Shown here piece by piece: positions 46,177-56,003 of a DNA stretch of 64,000 nucleotides. The DNA is taken from IMG/VR virus record IMGVR_UViG_3300018080_000167, positions 10,774-74,773 of that record, one strand, 5' to 3'. Under the pieces are notes generated by a model. That model worked only from the letters and a program-made list of their open reading frames with translations, was not told the DNA's origin and made no database searches. The position numbers and the translations under genes were made by a program. The DNA comes from a virus. Position 1 is the stretch's first letter. Every line of letters begins with the position of its first letter.

Positions 46177-48816
46177 GTGAAATTTACAGAAAACGGAATG
46201 AGGCTACTGAGGCGAAGGTATTTGAGAAAAGACAATAATGGAAATGTTGTTGAAACACCAGAAGAGCTTTTGGACAGGGTGAGCAAATGTCTTTCGCATT
46301 CAGAAATTTTTTATGGCGGTAAAACTAAAAGAAAAAAATGGTATAATATTATTAAAAATTCTTTGAACAATATGGAAATAATGCCATCAACCCCCATTCT
46401 TTTTAATGCTAGAGATCCTGAAATAGAAAAACCAGGGGTACTGTATGCTTGTTTTTTTGTTCCAATGTCTGATTCTATTCAGGGTATTTATTCGTGCCTA
46501 CACCTTTGTTCTTCTATTTTTAGCGCGGGTGGCGGCATAGGGACAGATGTGTCGTGTTTGCGTGAAAATGGGGCTGATATAGGTAATGGTAGGGGCGTTA
46601 GTACAGGACCAATATCATTTTTGAAAGTATTTGATGCTTCGTCTGATGCGATTTTACATGGGGGGGTCAGAAGGGCTGCCGCACTTGCATCGATGGATGT
46701 TTCACATCCAGACATAGAGCATTTTTTGCGTGTTAAAGGGGAAAACTTACAAGAAATTAATAGACTTTTGGCAATTGTTAATTCTTCTAAAGATGGCATA
46801 TTGAAAAAATATATTCAAGCTGAAATTTCTAAGTTGCAGCAACTTAGTCATTTTAATCTTTCTGTTAAGATCACAGATAAGTTTATGGATGCTGTAAGAA
46901 ATAATAAAGATTGGGAATTAATTTCTCCACATACGGGAAGCGTTGTTAAAACAATTTCTGCCGCGAAATTATTTAACGACATTTGTAGGTGTGCACATAA
47001 TTCTGCAGAACCTGGGGTTATTTTTATAGATGAAATTAATAGGCATAACCCAATGCCAAACATTGGACCAATTAATGGAACCAATGCTTGTTCTGAGGTT
47101 CCGCTTCATGATTATAATGCATGTAATTTGATATCTGTTAATTTAAATAAGTGCTTAGCTAACGAGGAGTTTTCTTTTGATGAACTGAAAAGAATCAGTA
47201 GGATAGCGCTTCGTTGCGGAGAAAATGTAATAGATGTTTCTTCATATCTTGATGAAAAGATAGAGAATATTGTTAAAAATAGTCGTGGGATTGGCGTTGG
47301 CGTTACTGGTTTTGCAGACGTTCTTGTAAGGCTTGGAATACCTTACGATAGCAAAAGAGCTAGAGATTTTGTTCGTAAAATAACAAAGGTATTAACAGAC
47401 TCATGTCGTGAAGAGTCAAAAGAGCTTGCAAAAGAAAGAGGTGTTTTTAATAATTATAAAGGATCTCTAATGGAAAAAAAGGGATTTGTTGTTAGAAATG
47501 CATTTGTCAGCGCTCTGCAGCCTACAGGATCTACTGCGATACTCGCTGGGGCATCTCAGTCAATAGAGCCATACTTTTCATTGTTTTACACTAGAAATAC
47601 TCACGAAGGCGATGTGTATGTTGAGCTTAATGAAATTTTTATTGATAAACTTAAAAAAATGAATATTGATACAGAATGTGTTGTTAATGAGCTAAAGAAA
47701 GGTAAGCAGCTTTGTGATATTGATATTATCCCAGATGAAATAAAAAGAGTTTTTGTTACATCTCATTTAATTTCAGCAGAGGGACATGTCAGAATGCAAG
47801 CTGCGGCTCAAGAAAATATAGATTTAAGCATTTCTAAAACTGTTAATTTACCATCTAATGCAACAGTAAACGATGTAAAAAATGTTTATCTGTTAGCAGA
47901 AAAACTCGGTTGTAAGGGGTGTACTGTATATAGGGATGGCTCAAGAGAGGGTGTTTTGCATTCTGTAGTCGAGAAAGAAGAGAGCGATGGTAATGAAGAG
48001 TTGCGAGACTTTTTGTATAATAAATTTGTCAAAGAGGGGCTTACGGCTAAAGAGATAGCCGACATTCTTGATGTTTCTGAATCACAAGTTTTTTCAAAGC
48101 TTAAAAGGTTTTGTATTAAGAAAAGTGATAAAAACACTACAATTTCTGCCAAAAAAATAAAACTTACTCAATCACTAAAGGAAATTATAATAGCGAATCT
48201 TCTTGTTGGTAATTCTAAAATAAACACTGTTGAGAGTCAGTCGTCTTATAGACAAGTAAGTGATCACTGTGTTTATACTAAGAATATTCGCAAAAAATTC
48301 TTGGACAACGGCATAAACTGTTCTGAGATTATGACAATTGTGACAGATAAAATATATTATTATTTTGACACTGTATTCAATAGTAATATTTATAATTTAC
48401 CAGCAGATAATGATGTGGTAGATAAGTTAAGCAGCGACGAGATTGATACGTTATTGACAAGAACTTTTGTTAGACACCTTTTTCTTGTTGGCGGAGTTCG
48501 TACAGGAAGAGGTGGAATTAAGTTTTGTTCTAAACACGGAAACTATAATAACTTAAAGAAAATTATGCAGCTTGTTGAGAAGGAGCTCGGTGTAGAATTC
48601 AGCTATAAGCAAAAGGAAAACAACAATGGAATTGTTTATATTCCTAAGAGGTGTGCGGAAGACTTTTATAATTTTATAGAGTCTGGAGAGCAAATCAATA
48701 AGATTAATTCAATACAAAGCAAGGCTACTTGTCCAGAATGTGGTGGTATGCTTAATTTTTGTGAAGGCTGTAAGACATGCGCCTCCTGCGGCTGGTCTGC
48801 TTGTAGTATTGGCTGA
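46177..48816 (+). CDS. nrdJ: Class II (adenosylcobalamin) ribonucleotide reductase with inserted HTH + degenerate LAGLIDADG domain
   Basis: RRYL, PSTPILFNA, YACF, GGGIG, GGVRRAA, EPG..FID, TNACSE, QPTGS, SISKTVN, KGCTVYRDGSR, C-terminal CPECG..CASCGWSAC; GGAGG RBS before GTG at 46177. Confidence 0.93.
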   Translation: MKFTENGMRLLRRRYLRKDNNGNVVETPEELLDRVSKCLSHSEIFYGGKTKRKKWYNIIKNSLNNMEIMPSTPILFNARDPEIEKPGVLYACFFVPMSDSIQGIYSCLHLCSSIFSAGGGIGTDVSCLRENGADIGNGRGVSTGPISFLKVFDASSDAILHGGVRRAAALASMDVSHPDIEHFLRVKGENLQEINRLLAIVNSSKDGILKKYIQAEISKLQQLSHFNLSVKITDKFMDAVRNNKDWELISPHTGSVVKTISAAKLFNDICRCAHNSAEPGVIFIDEINRHNPMPNIGPINGTNACSEVPLHDYNACNLISVNLNKCLANEEFSFDELKRISRIALRCGENVIDVSSYLDEKIENIVKNSRGIGVGVTGFADVLVRLGIPYDSKRARDFVRKITKVLTDSCREESKELAKERGVFNNYKGSLMEKKGFVVRNAFVSALQPTGSTAILAGASQSIEPYFSLFYTRNTHEGDVYVELNEIFIDKLKKMNIDTECVVNELKKGKQLCDIDIIPDEIKRVFVTSHLISAEGHVRMQAAAQENIDLSISKTVNLPSNATVNDVKNVYLLAEKLGCKGCTVYRDGSREGVLHSVVEKEESDGNEELRDFLYNKFVKEGLTAKEIADILDVSESQVFSKLKRFCIKKSDKNTTISAKKIKLTQSLKEIIIANLLVGNSKINTVESQSSYRQVSDHCVYTKNIRKKFLDNGINCSEIMTIVTDKIYYYFDTVFNSNIYNLPADNDVVDKLSSDEIDTLLTRTFVRHLFLVGGVRTGRGGIKFCSKHGNYNNLKKIMQLVEKELGVEFSYKQKENNNGIVYIPKRCAEDFYNFIESGEQINKINSIQSKATCPECGGMLNFCEGCKTCASCGWSACSIG

Positions 48817-48825
48817 TAATGCAAA

Positions 48826-48840
48826 TAAACGTATAATACA
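48826..48840 (+). promoter_or_regulatory. Class C (late) phage promoter
   Basis: AAACGTATAATA; recurs before structural genes. Confidence 0.65.
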
Positions 48841-48893
48841 ATAGGTGCTATGTTATTTATCATAATATAAGCACTATAAAGAGAGGAGAAAAT

Positions 48894-49067
48894 ATGTCTG
48901 ATTTAGAACATTATGAAAAATTAAACGCAAAAGGTTTAACGCCAAAGGTGCGTGCAATCAATCCTAAGGCGGTTTCTGCTAGCGGACTTGGTGAATTTAG
49001 GCGCGATATTTCTGATGAAGAAATAAATCGTATTATTGAGGAAAATAGAATTGGACGCCTTGATTAA
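48894..49067 (+). CDS. Small hypothetical protein (57 aa)
   Basis: GAGGAG RBS; TAATG coupling to the sigma gene. Confidence 0.55.
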   Translation: MSDLEHYEKLNAKGLTPKVRAINPKAVSASGLGEFRRDISDEEINRIIEENRIGRLD

Positions 49068-49702
49068 TGCAAAAATACAATAAAGCAAAAATAGAAAAAT
49101 TGGCAGATAGTGGCGAGTTAAAATATGAAGATGTAAGTGACATAGTAGAGTATTTAATTAATGCCAAGTCAAATAAAATTTATCAGACTATAGGGATATA
49201 TGATAGAGATGATATAGCGCAAGAATTACGCATTAAATGTTTGAAAGTATTAAAGCGTTATTCATCTGACAAGGGAGACATTGAGAATTTTCTTGGCGTT
49301 TGTATTGACAATGCTCTTATTGATCTTGTTAGAAAACACACACTCAGGAAAAGCAACGTGTGTTTTTATTGTTTGTGTTATTCTAAAGGGGAATGCAAAT
49401 ATTATGACAACATAAAAGATTGTAAAAAATATAGTGATTTTCTTGCAAAGAAAAAGGAAAAGGAATCAATATCCTTGTTGCGTGGCAATTCGTCATTTGA
49501 ATGGCGTAAGATAATAGATCAAGAAGATTCTTTTTCGCACGACTACGATATAGACGAACAAATTAAGATTGTACGCGATAATTTGAACGAGAGAAGCAAA
49601 AAGCTTTTTGATCTTATTATTGCAGGAAAAAGTATAAAGGAAGAAGAAAAGGTTATCTTATTTCAGGAGGTTAGGTATGTTGTTCGGAGATATGTGTGTT
49701 AA
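49067..49702 (+). CDS. Phage sigma70-family factor (probable late sigma)
   Basis: YDRDDIAQEL.IK....LKRY...KG....FL...IDNALIDLVRK (region 2); Cys insert. Confidence 0.75.
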   Translation: MQKYNKAKIEKLADSGELKYEDVSDIVEYLINAKSNKIYQTIGIYDRDDIAQELRIKCLKVLKRYSSDKGDIENFLGVCIDNALIDLVRKHTLRKSNVCFYCLCYSKGECKYYDNIKDCKKYSDFLAKKKEKESISLLRGNSSFEWRKIIDQEDSFSHDYDIDEQIKIVRDNLNERSKKLFDLIIAGKSIKEEEKVILFQEVRYVVRRYVC

Positions 49703-50165
49703 TACATTTATTTGTTTGTCATGCGGTGAATCAATCGATGCTAACAATGTTGTTTACGAAAAGGTTGGTGATATCAAGGTACCTAAGGCTATCAAAGATA
49801 ATGGAAAACTTTTCAAGATGATAGTTTGTCCGCATTGTATGTCTCCATACTTGGGATTTGTTCCATCAAAGTCGCATGACTCAATTCCTTTGTCATCAAC
49901 GCCATCTATATCTACTGTTGATAACAATAATGGTGAGCAAAAGAAAGATGATTTCGCTAATTTTGCATATGGAAAAGATGGGAAAAAGAAAAGTGGGAAA
50001 ACAAAAAATAAAGAGCAAAATAATGCTAAACCAGCACTAAGGAAAACTACAGAGTCTGTAAAGTGTATAGCTTGTGGGAAAGATATTGAAGTCGCAAGTG
50101 GGCACGGCGGTACTTTCGGGACTAAATGTGACGAATGTTTGAAAAAACTGCTTGGTGGAAAATGA
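49692..50165 (+). CDS. Zinc-ribbon protein (start approximate)
   Basis: CLSCG, CPHC, CIACG, CDEC. Confidence 0.6.
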   Translation: MCVNTFICLSCGESIDANNVVYEKVGDIKVPKAIKDNGKLFKMIVCPHCMSPYLGFVPSKSHDSIPLSSTPSISTVDNNNGEQKKDDFANFAYGKDGKKKSGKTKNKEQNNAKPALRKTTESVKCIACGKDIEVASGHGGTFGTKCDECLKKLLGGK

Positions 50166-51031
50166 AAAAAGATATTGAATATAAAATAAAAAGATACCTT
50201 TATGAGAATTATCAAGATAAGACAGACTCTCAGATGGCAGAAGAACTTGAGGTTGCAAGAAGCACTGTTGTAAGGTGGCGCAACACATTAGGTTTACAAA
50301 AAAGAAAAAAACAAAAGGGTGAAGAAACAGATATTTTAGAAAAATTTGAGGAAACATCTTCTGTAGACGTAAAGTCAATGACACAAAAACAGAAGAGAGA
50401 ATATTTTTTAAAAAAATTGCGGAATAATCCTAGATACCAAATTACTAAGGGGCTTCTTACAGCAGAAGAGTTGAATTTTTATGAAGCTAAATACATAGAA
50501 TATTCTACAAGTCCAGAAATAGAAACATTAACAGCGTATGAAGAAGACGATCTACATGAACTTACAATGACGCAAATCTCTAAAATGCGTATACAAAGAA
50601 TGGAATATGATGAGGTTGCTAATGGTGATCCTGTTCCAGATGTATCTCGCAATACTAAGGATAAAGATGAGACTATATTAAAACTTAAAAAAAGTCTTGA
50701 TCTTGAAAGATCTCAAAGACTAAGACGACAAGAAGATAGCGCTACAAATTTTATTAATCTTGTTAAAGAATTTAATAATGCAAAAATAAGAAATGTTGTT
50801 GGTAGAGAAGCTAATGCATTTAACGCATATGGAGATGAGTGCTTAAATAAAATGATAGAAGATGGCAATGCTTATGGTATTGAAGAAATAGATGTATCTA
50901 AATATTATGATGGAGGAAAGAATGGAGGAAGAAAAAAAGAAGAAGAATATAAAGAAAAAAAGGAAAAAGCAGAAAAGAAAAACTCCGAGGAAATTGAAAA
51001 AGATATGGGGGAAAAAGAGGCGCAAGAATAG
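50162..51031 (+). CDS. HTH protein, possible terminase small subunit
   Basis: TDSQMAEELEVARSTVVRWR; position two genes upstream of TerL. Confidence 0.5.
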   Translation: MKKDIEYKIKRYLYENYQDKTDSQMAEELEVARSTVVRWRNTLGLQKRKKQKGEETDILEKFEETSSVDVKSMTQKQKREYFLKKLRNNPRYQITKGLLTAEELNFYEAKYIEYSTSPEIETLTAYEEDDLHELTMTQISKMRIQRMEYDEVANGDPVPDVSRNTKDKDETILKLKKSLDLERSQRLRRQEDSATNFINLVKEFNNAKIRNVVGREANAFNAYGDECLNKMIEDGNAYGIEEIDVSKYYDGGKNGGRKKEEEYKEKKEKAEKKNSEEIEKDMGEKEAQE

Positions 51032-51542
51032 TCAGATTGATAACATTAAAAAATCTAAGAAAAAAATAAAGATTATTTTACCTACAATTATTGTTGACAC
51101 TAGGGAAAAATCGCCACATAAATATAAAAAAACAAAAGATAATAATGGTTACAAAATACAAAAGCTAGATGTTGGTGATTATTCACTCGAAGGATTTGAA
51201 GATTATGTTATTGTTGAGCGGAAGAATGGAATAGACGAGCTTGTCAATTGCTTTGGCAATGAGCGTGGAAGATTTATGAGAGAACTTGACAATCTTGCGG
51301 ATGTCCCATATAGGTATATTGTTGTGGAAGAAAGCCTTGGGAGAGTGTTTGGAAAACGTAGATTTTCTAGAATGGCTCCAAAATGTTTTTTATCTAACGT
51401 TTTCTCTGTTATTGTTAAACGTGAAATTCCTGTTTTCTTTTGTAAGGATAGGTCTGAGGCTCATGCACATATTTATTGGCTGCTATATAAGGCATATAGT
51501 GTCTATATGGCAGAACAAGCAGAGATTAACAAAGATGTATAA
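50922..51542 (+). CDS. ERCC4-domain nuclease
   Basis: IVDTREK, LDVGDYS, VERKN..DEL, RF.REL..L, IVVEE. Confidence 0.85.
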   Translation: MEEEKKKKNIKKKRKKQKRKTPRKLKKIWGKKRRKNSQIDNIKKSKKKIKIILPTIIVDTREKSPHKYKKTKDNNGYKIQKLDVGDYSLEGFEDYVIVERKNGIDELVNCFGNERGRFMRELDNLADVPYRYIVVEESLGRVFGKRRFSRMAPKCFLSNVFSVIVKREIPVFFCKDRSEAHAHIYWLLYKAYSVYMAEQAEINKDV

Positions 51543-51583
51543 CGTTAGAGTATATTGTAAAAACAAGGCTTTAGGAGAATAAT

Positions 51584-53365
51584 ATGCCAATTATCACTCC
51601 AGATTTGTACTGGGCTCCTTCTTTAGATATAATGGATTTTGCAGATCCCCTTAAAGCTGGTGTGTCGATACAAAGTGACGACCCTATGGCAGAGATTGTT
51701 GCAATGTCTTTTCATAGCATTGGATGGTTTTCAAAATATATACTTGGCACAGAGCTTTGTGATTATCAAATTTGTTTTCAGAAGCTTATGTGGAGTAAAA
51801 AATATCCTTTGCTTATAGCCTCTCGTGGTGCGGCAAAAACATTTTCATTGGCATTATATTCTATTTCTAGAGGGCTTTTGTTACAGGGCAGTAAAATTAT
51901 AATTGTTTCTGCATCTTTTAGACAGGCTAAGCGTGTTTTTGAGGAAATAGAGGCAATTTATAGGCGGGCTCCATTGCTGAGAGCTGCTGCAGGTTCAGCA
52001 CCAAAAAGATCTGTTGATCATTGTTTGTTTAGGATAGGCGACAGTGTTATTAAGGCACTCCCCCTTGGTGATGGTAGCAAGATTCGTGGTGAGCGTGCTT
52101 CTACTGTTCTAGTCGATGAGGTAGATTCTGTTGATCAAGAAGTTTTTAATGTTGTTGTTAGGGGTTTTGGAGCTACACAATTAGATCCAATATCTAAGCT
52201 TAAAGAATCATATAGAAACATTAATAGTTCAAAGCAGCCTAATGTTGGGAACCAAATTATTATTAGTGGAACTGCCGGATTTCAAGATGGTAATTTTCAT
52301 CAGATGTATAGACAATATTTAAAAATTATAAATTGTCAGGCTCAAGATTATGGATATAATCTTGCAGATGAGTTGGGTGAGAATTATGGCGATACATTTA
52401 TTGATTATCGTAACTATGGACTTATGATATTGCCATGGCAAAAAATACCAGAGGGTATTCTTGATCGCGACTTGATTTCTAATGCTAAAATTACAATGTC
52501 TTCGATGTTATTTAATATGGAATATAATTGTATATTTGCAGATGTTTCTCGTGGATTTTTCTCTCATAAAGCCATAGATGGTGCTACAGCGAAGGGAATG
52601 GATGGCTTTACAGTTCAAGTAAAAGGCAAAGAAGATAGAGAATATGTTATGGGTGTTGACCCAGCTAGGACTGGAGATGCATTTGCCATTGTCGTCTTGG
52701 AAATTGGTAAGCCTCACAAGGTTGTTTATATAAAAACACTTTTGGATACTAAATTTTCTGAAAGTGTAAAGGTTATAAGGCGTATATTAGCAAAATTTAA
52801 TGTGATTAGAATAGCTATGGATGCTGGTGGCGGTGGACTTACAGTCGAGGAAATGCTTGAGAATCCAGAATATTTTGTAAATGATCAAAAGCCAATCTTT
52901 GATATTGAAACAGAAAAGAAAACAAGGGATGGTGAATATATATTAAATGTTGTTAATTTTACGTCAAAGTGGATTGAGGAAGCTAATTTCTTGCTACAAA
53001 AGAATATAGAAGACTGCAGCATAATGTTTCCAAGTCGTGTGGTAAAAAGTGAAGCATATAAAGATGATAAAACTTCTGAGTTGATAGATGATACATATGA
53101 AGAAGTGAATGAGTGCAAAAGGGAAATGTATCAGATATCTGTAACGCAAACTAAAAATGGCAATAGACATTTTGATATAGACCCAACACTTGAGGCAAAA
53201 AAGAAAAAGGTGAAGCCAAGAAAAGATAGATATTCTGCATTATTGTTGGCAAATTATTTTGCAAATGAAATCATTGAAGAAAAAGCTGGGAGAAAAACTT
53301 CTAAAGACAGAATATTACAGCAATGGGATGATTTTAATGGCGGATGGGTAGACCAAATAGAATAA
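51584..53365 (+). CDS. terL: Terminase large subunit
   Basis: SRGAAKT Walker A, IRGERA.TVLVDE Walker B, FNMEYNC.F, GVDPA..GD nuclease, KDRYSA. Confidence 0.9.
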   Translation: MPIITPDLYWAPSLDIMDFADPLKAGVSIQSDDPMAEIVAMSFHSIGWFSKYILGTELCDYQICFQKLMWSKKYPLLIASRGAAKTFSLALYSISRGLLLQGSKIIIVSASFRQAKRVFEEIEAIYRRAPLLRAAAGSAPKRSVDHCLFRIGDSVIKALPLGDGSKIRGERASTVLVDEVDSVDQEVFNVVVRGFGATQLDPISKLKESYRNINSSKQPNVGNQIIISGTAGFQDGNFHQMYRQYLKIINCQAQDYGYNLADELGENYGDTFIDYRNYGLMILPWQKIPEGILDRDLISNAKITMSSMLFNMEYNCIFADVSRGFFSHKAIDGATAKGMDGFTVQVKGKEDREYVMGVDPARTGDAFAIVVLEIGKPHKVVYIKTLLDTKFSESVKVIRRILAKFNVIRIAMDAGGGGLTVEEMLENPEYFVNDQKPIFDIETEKKTRDGEYILNVVNFTSKWIEEANFLLQKNIEDCSIMFPSRVVKSEAYKDDKTSELIDDTYEEVNECKREMYQISVTQTKNGNRHFDIDPTLEAKKKKVKPRKDRYSALLLANYFANEIIEEKAGRKTSKDRILQQWDDFNGGWVDQIE

Positions 53366-53377
53366 ACGTATAATAAT
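53363..53377 (+). promoter_or_regulatory. Class C (late) phage promoter
   Basis: AAACGTATAATA. Confidence 0.65.
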
Positions 53378-53391
53378 ATAGAAATTATCTA

Positions 53392-55371
53392 ATGGAGAAA
53401 CCTATGTCTGAAAATAAATATAATAAAGATAAATCAATAGCAACATGGAACGATCTTGTTACTGATGAGTTTAATGAGAACGAAATCTGTGTAAACGACT
53501 ATTATAATGATGCTACCTATAGAACATTTGCTGGCAATCGAATAGATCTTACGTCACATAGGTCAGCCTTTTCCAATAGAAATGGCAATAATACCATTAT
53601 AGAAAAAATTTCGCAATGCAGAAAAGCCTATGAAAATATTGGTCTAATAGGAAATGTTGTTGATATTATGACAGATTTTGCACTTGAGGGTTTTCAGATA
53701 ACACATGAGATAGAGTCTGCAGAAAGGCTTTTTAATAGGTGGGCAGAAAAGGTTGATTTGTATTCTGCAGTGGAGGAAATATTGCGAGGCATATTCAGAG
53801 ATGGAAATGTTCCCATTGTTACATATAATGCCAAAATAAAAGATGAAGACATTAGTAATTTAAAAAATGTTGTTAATAAAGCTGCTGGTAGCGTATTAAT
53901 GGATAGTACAGTAAATGTTGGAGAAATACCTTATAAATTTTCGATTCTTGATGTAATGTCAATGCAAGAAGTTGGCGCTGACCTTTTTGGTAATAATCAA
54001 TATAGATATATGTTTGATCAAACTATTATAAAAAATACTTTAAATTCTGATAATAAAGAAACAAAAGAGTTGTTAGAAACTCTAAGAGAAGGGCTGTCTA
54101 CAAAAGATTGGGAAAATTTTAAAAAAAGTGGGGCATATCCATTAGATTCTTATAATCTTGAAATATTGTATTATAAAAAAGACTCTTTTGATTCTTGGGC
54201 AAATCCGATGTTGTGGCGTATTGTTGATGATCTTAAGTTTAAAAAGACATTGCGTAATATGGATATTTCTGTTGCTGAATCTATTACAAATACCATTAGT
54301 ATATTTAAACTTGGCAATGCATCTGAGGGGATGATACCATCTGCTACTCGTCTTCAAAAGTTTGCTTCATTATTAAAGAATCCTTCAAAATCTAAGCAAA
54401 TAGTGTGGGATGATTTAGTTACTGTTGAAAGCGACGACAAAGAAGTTGGGAAAGTTTTGGGAGAAGCAAAATATAAACAAGTTAATAATGATATTCTTGC
54501 TGGACTTGGCATTTCTGAGGTTTTAATAGGCGGAGATGGGGGGAATTATTCAAATTCATTTTTGAGCTGTAGAACACTCCTTGAGCGACTTGAAACAGGA
54601 AGAAACAAAGTTTTGCGATGGGTTAGGAAGCAATTGGCTGCAGCCGCCGTAGGAGTTGGTATTAAACGTATGCCAATTGTAAAGTTTGCTAATATGTCGC
54701 TTAGAGATGAAACGGCAGAAAAGAAGATGCTTCTTGAGTTACTTGATAGAAATATTATTTCTTACAAAACACTGCTTGAACGTTTTGGCGAAGATTTTAA
54801 TGTTGAAGTTAAAAGAATGCGTAGAGAAGACACGCTTCGCAAGAAGTTTGCTGAAAAATATCCTCACACATTAAGAAAGGTGGGCAAATTTGGACCACAA
54901 ATACAACAGAGCCCTATAGAATATCCGAATAGTGGAGAAGATGACAATAAGAATGGTGGCTTTCCAACCGCGCAAGGCCCCCAAGGAGACAAGGGGGGTA
55001 GACCTGGAGATGATGGCGGCAAACAAGATGTTGTCCGCGATACGAATCCGAAAGGTATGTCGTGGAGAGAGTTGTTACCATACGCTATTAAAGCCTATGA
55101 AAAAATAGAAAAAATTTCTAAAAATGAAGATGTTGCATTTAAAATGTTCAAAAGTTTGAGTGTTGAAAAAATTATAAATTTTGACATAAACACAGCTATA
55201 GATATGCTTTACACAGAAGCGCCAGCCAAGCTTGATAGGTGTGTTGATGAAGTATATGCTAAACTTGTAAAAAAATATAAAGACAAGACAGGAAATGCTC
55301 CAGGCAAGAAAAAAAAGAAAGAGCTAAAAAGTTCGGCTTGGGCAATTTGCAAAGAGCGTATGGATGAGTAA
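53392..55371 (+). CDS. Portal protein
   Basis: Follows TerL; GNVVDIMTDF, FRDGNV, YKK..FD.WA.P, ILAGLGIS..LIGG..GNYS. Confidence 0.8.
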   Translation: MEKPMSENKYNKDKSIATWNDLVTDEFNENEICVNDYYNDATYRTFAGNRIDLTSHRSAFSNRNGNNTIIEKISQCRKAYENIGLIGNVVDIMTDFALEGFQITHEIESAERLFNRWAEKVDLYSAVEEILRGIFRDGNVPIVTYNAKIKDEDISNLKNVVNKAAGSVLMDSTVNVGEIPYKFSILDVMSMQEVGADLFGNNQYRYMFDQTIIKNTLNSDNKETKELLETLREGLSTKDWENFKKSGAYPLDSYNLEILYYKKDSFDSWANPMLWRIVDDLKFKKTLRNMDISVAESITNTISIFKLGNASEGMIPSATRLQKFASLLKNPSKSKQIVWDDLVTVESDDKEVGKVLGEAKYKQVNNDILAGLGISEVLIGGDGGNYSNSFLSCRTLLERLETGRNKVLRWVRKQLAAAAVGVGIKRMPIVKFANMSLRDETAEKKMLLELLDRNIISYKTLLERFGEDFNVEVKRMRREDTLRKKFAEKYPHTLRKVGKFGPQIQQSPIEYPNSGEDDNKNGGFPTAQGPQGDKGGRPGDDGGKQDVVRDTNPKGMSWRELLPYAIKAYEKIEKISKNEDVAFKMFKSLSVEKIINFDINTAIDMLYTEAPAKLDRCVDEVYAKLVKKYKDKTGNAPGKKKKKELKSSAWAICKERMDE

Positions 55372-55377
55372 TTACAA

Positions 55378-55392
55378 TAACCGTATAATATA
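55378..55392 (+). promoter_or_regulatory. Class C (late) phage promoter
   Basis: AACCGTATAATA. Confidence 0.65.
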
Positions 55393-55408
55393 ATGAGGTA
55401 ATTTTTAT

Positions 55409-55720
55409 ATGGAGAATTTTATTACATTAATTTTTAGCGAGTATGGCGCAATAGCTGCTACAGCGTTGGTTTTTATAAGTTTATGTTGGTTTCTTTTGAA
55501 GCATATATTAGATGATCATAAAGAAGATAGGGGAAAGTGGCTTGAAATAGTTAATAAGCAAAATTGTATTATTGGTAATCATATTGATCATTTAACAAAA
55601 TCAACGAATAGCTTAACCATAAACCTAAAGAGGCACGATGACAGAACGGCAATGTTATCTAAGCAGATTGTTGATGCTATCAATAGTCAAACAGAAATTA
55701 TGAAAGCATGGAGGAAATAA
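55409..55720 (+). CDS. Membrane protein, possible holin (BhlA/UviB-like)
   Basis: N-terminal TM plus coiled coil. Confidence 0.45.
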   Translation: MENFITLIFSEYGAIAATALVFISLCWFLLKHILDDHKEDRGKWLEIVNKQNCIIGNHIDHLTKSTNSLTINLKRHDDRTAMLSKQIVDAINSQTEIMKAWRK

Positions 55721-55721
55721 A

Positions 55722-56003
55722 ATGATTAGTAAGTATATCAAAGAGCGTATTGATGCTGATGCAGAAAAAACACAAGAAAATGAAAATAAAAAAACTGAAG
55801 CGCAAGTAAAAGAACAAACAAAATTGTATTCTGTTGAGCAAATAGAGTTAAGGCTTGAGAATAATGAACAAGAAGGATGGGCTTGGATTACTGTTCATAG
55901 GGCTCATGAAACTAATGATATGTATGTTATTGTTGATGGTATGCACACAAAGGAGCAGTGGGCTGATATTGCGAATGCCATTAGGAAGCTAAGCAATGAA
56001 TAA
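55722..56003 (+). CDS. Hypothetical protein
   Basis: GGAGG RBS. Confidence 0.55.
   Translation: MISKYIKERIDADAEKTQENENKKTEAQVKEQTKLYSVEQIELRLENNEQEGWAWITVHRAHETNDMYVIVDGMHTKEQWADIANAIRKLSNE

Noticed and set aside
47992-48681. Intein or group I intron in nrdJ
   Set aside because: No N-terminal Cys/Ser block or C-terminal HN-C/S/T; frame is continuous and no intron core was recognisable
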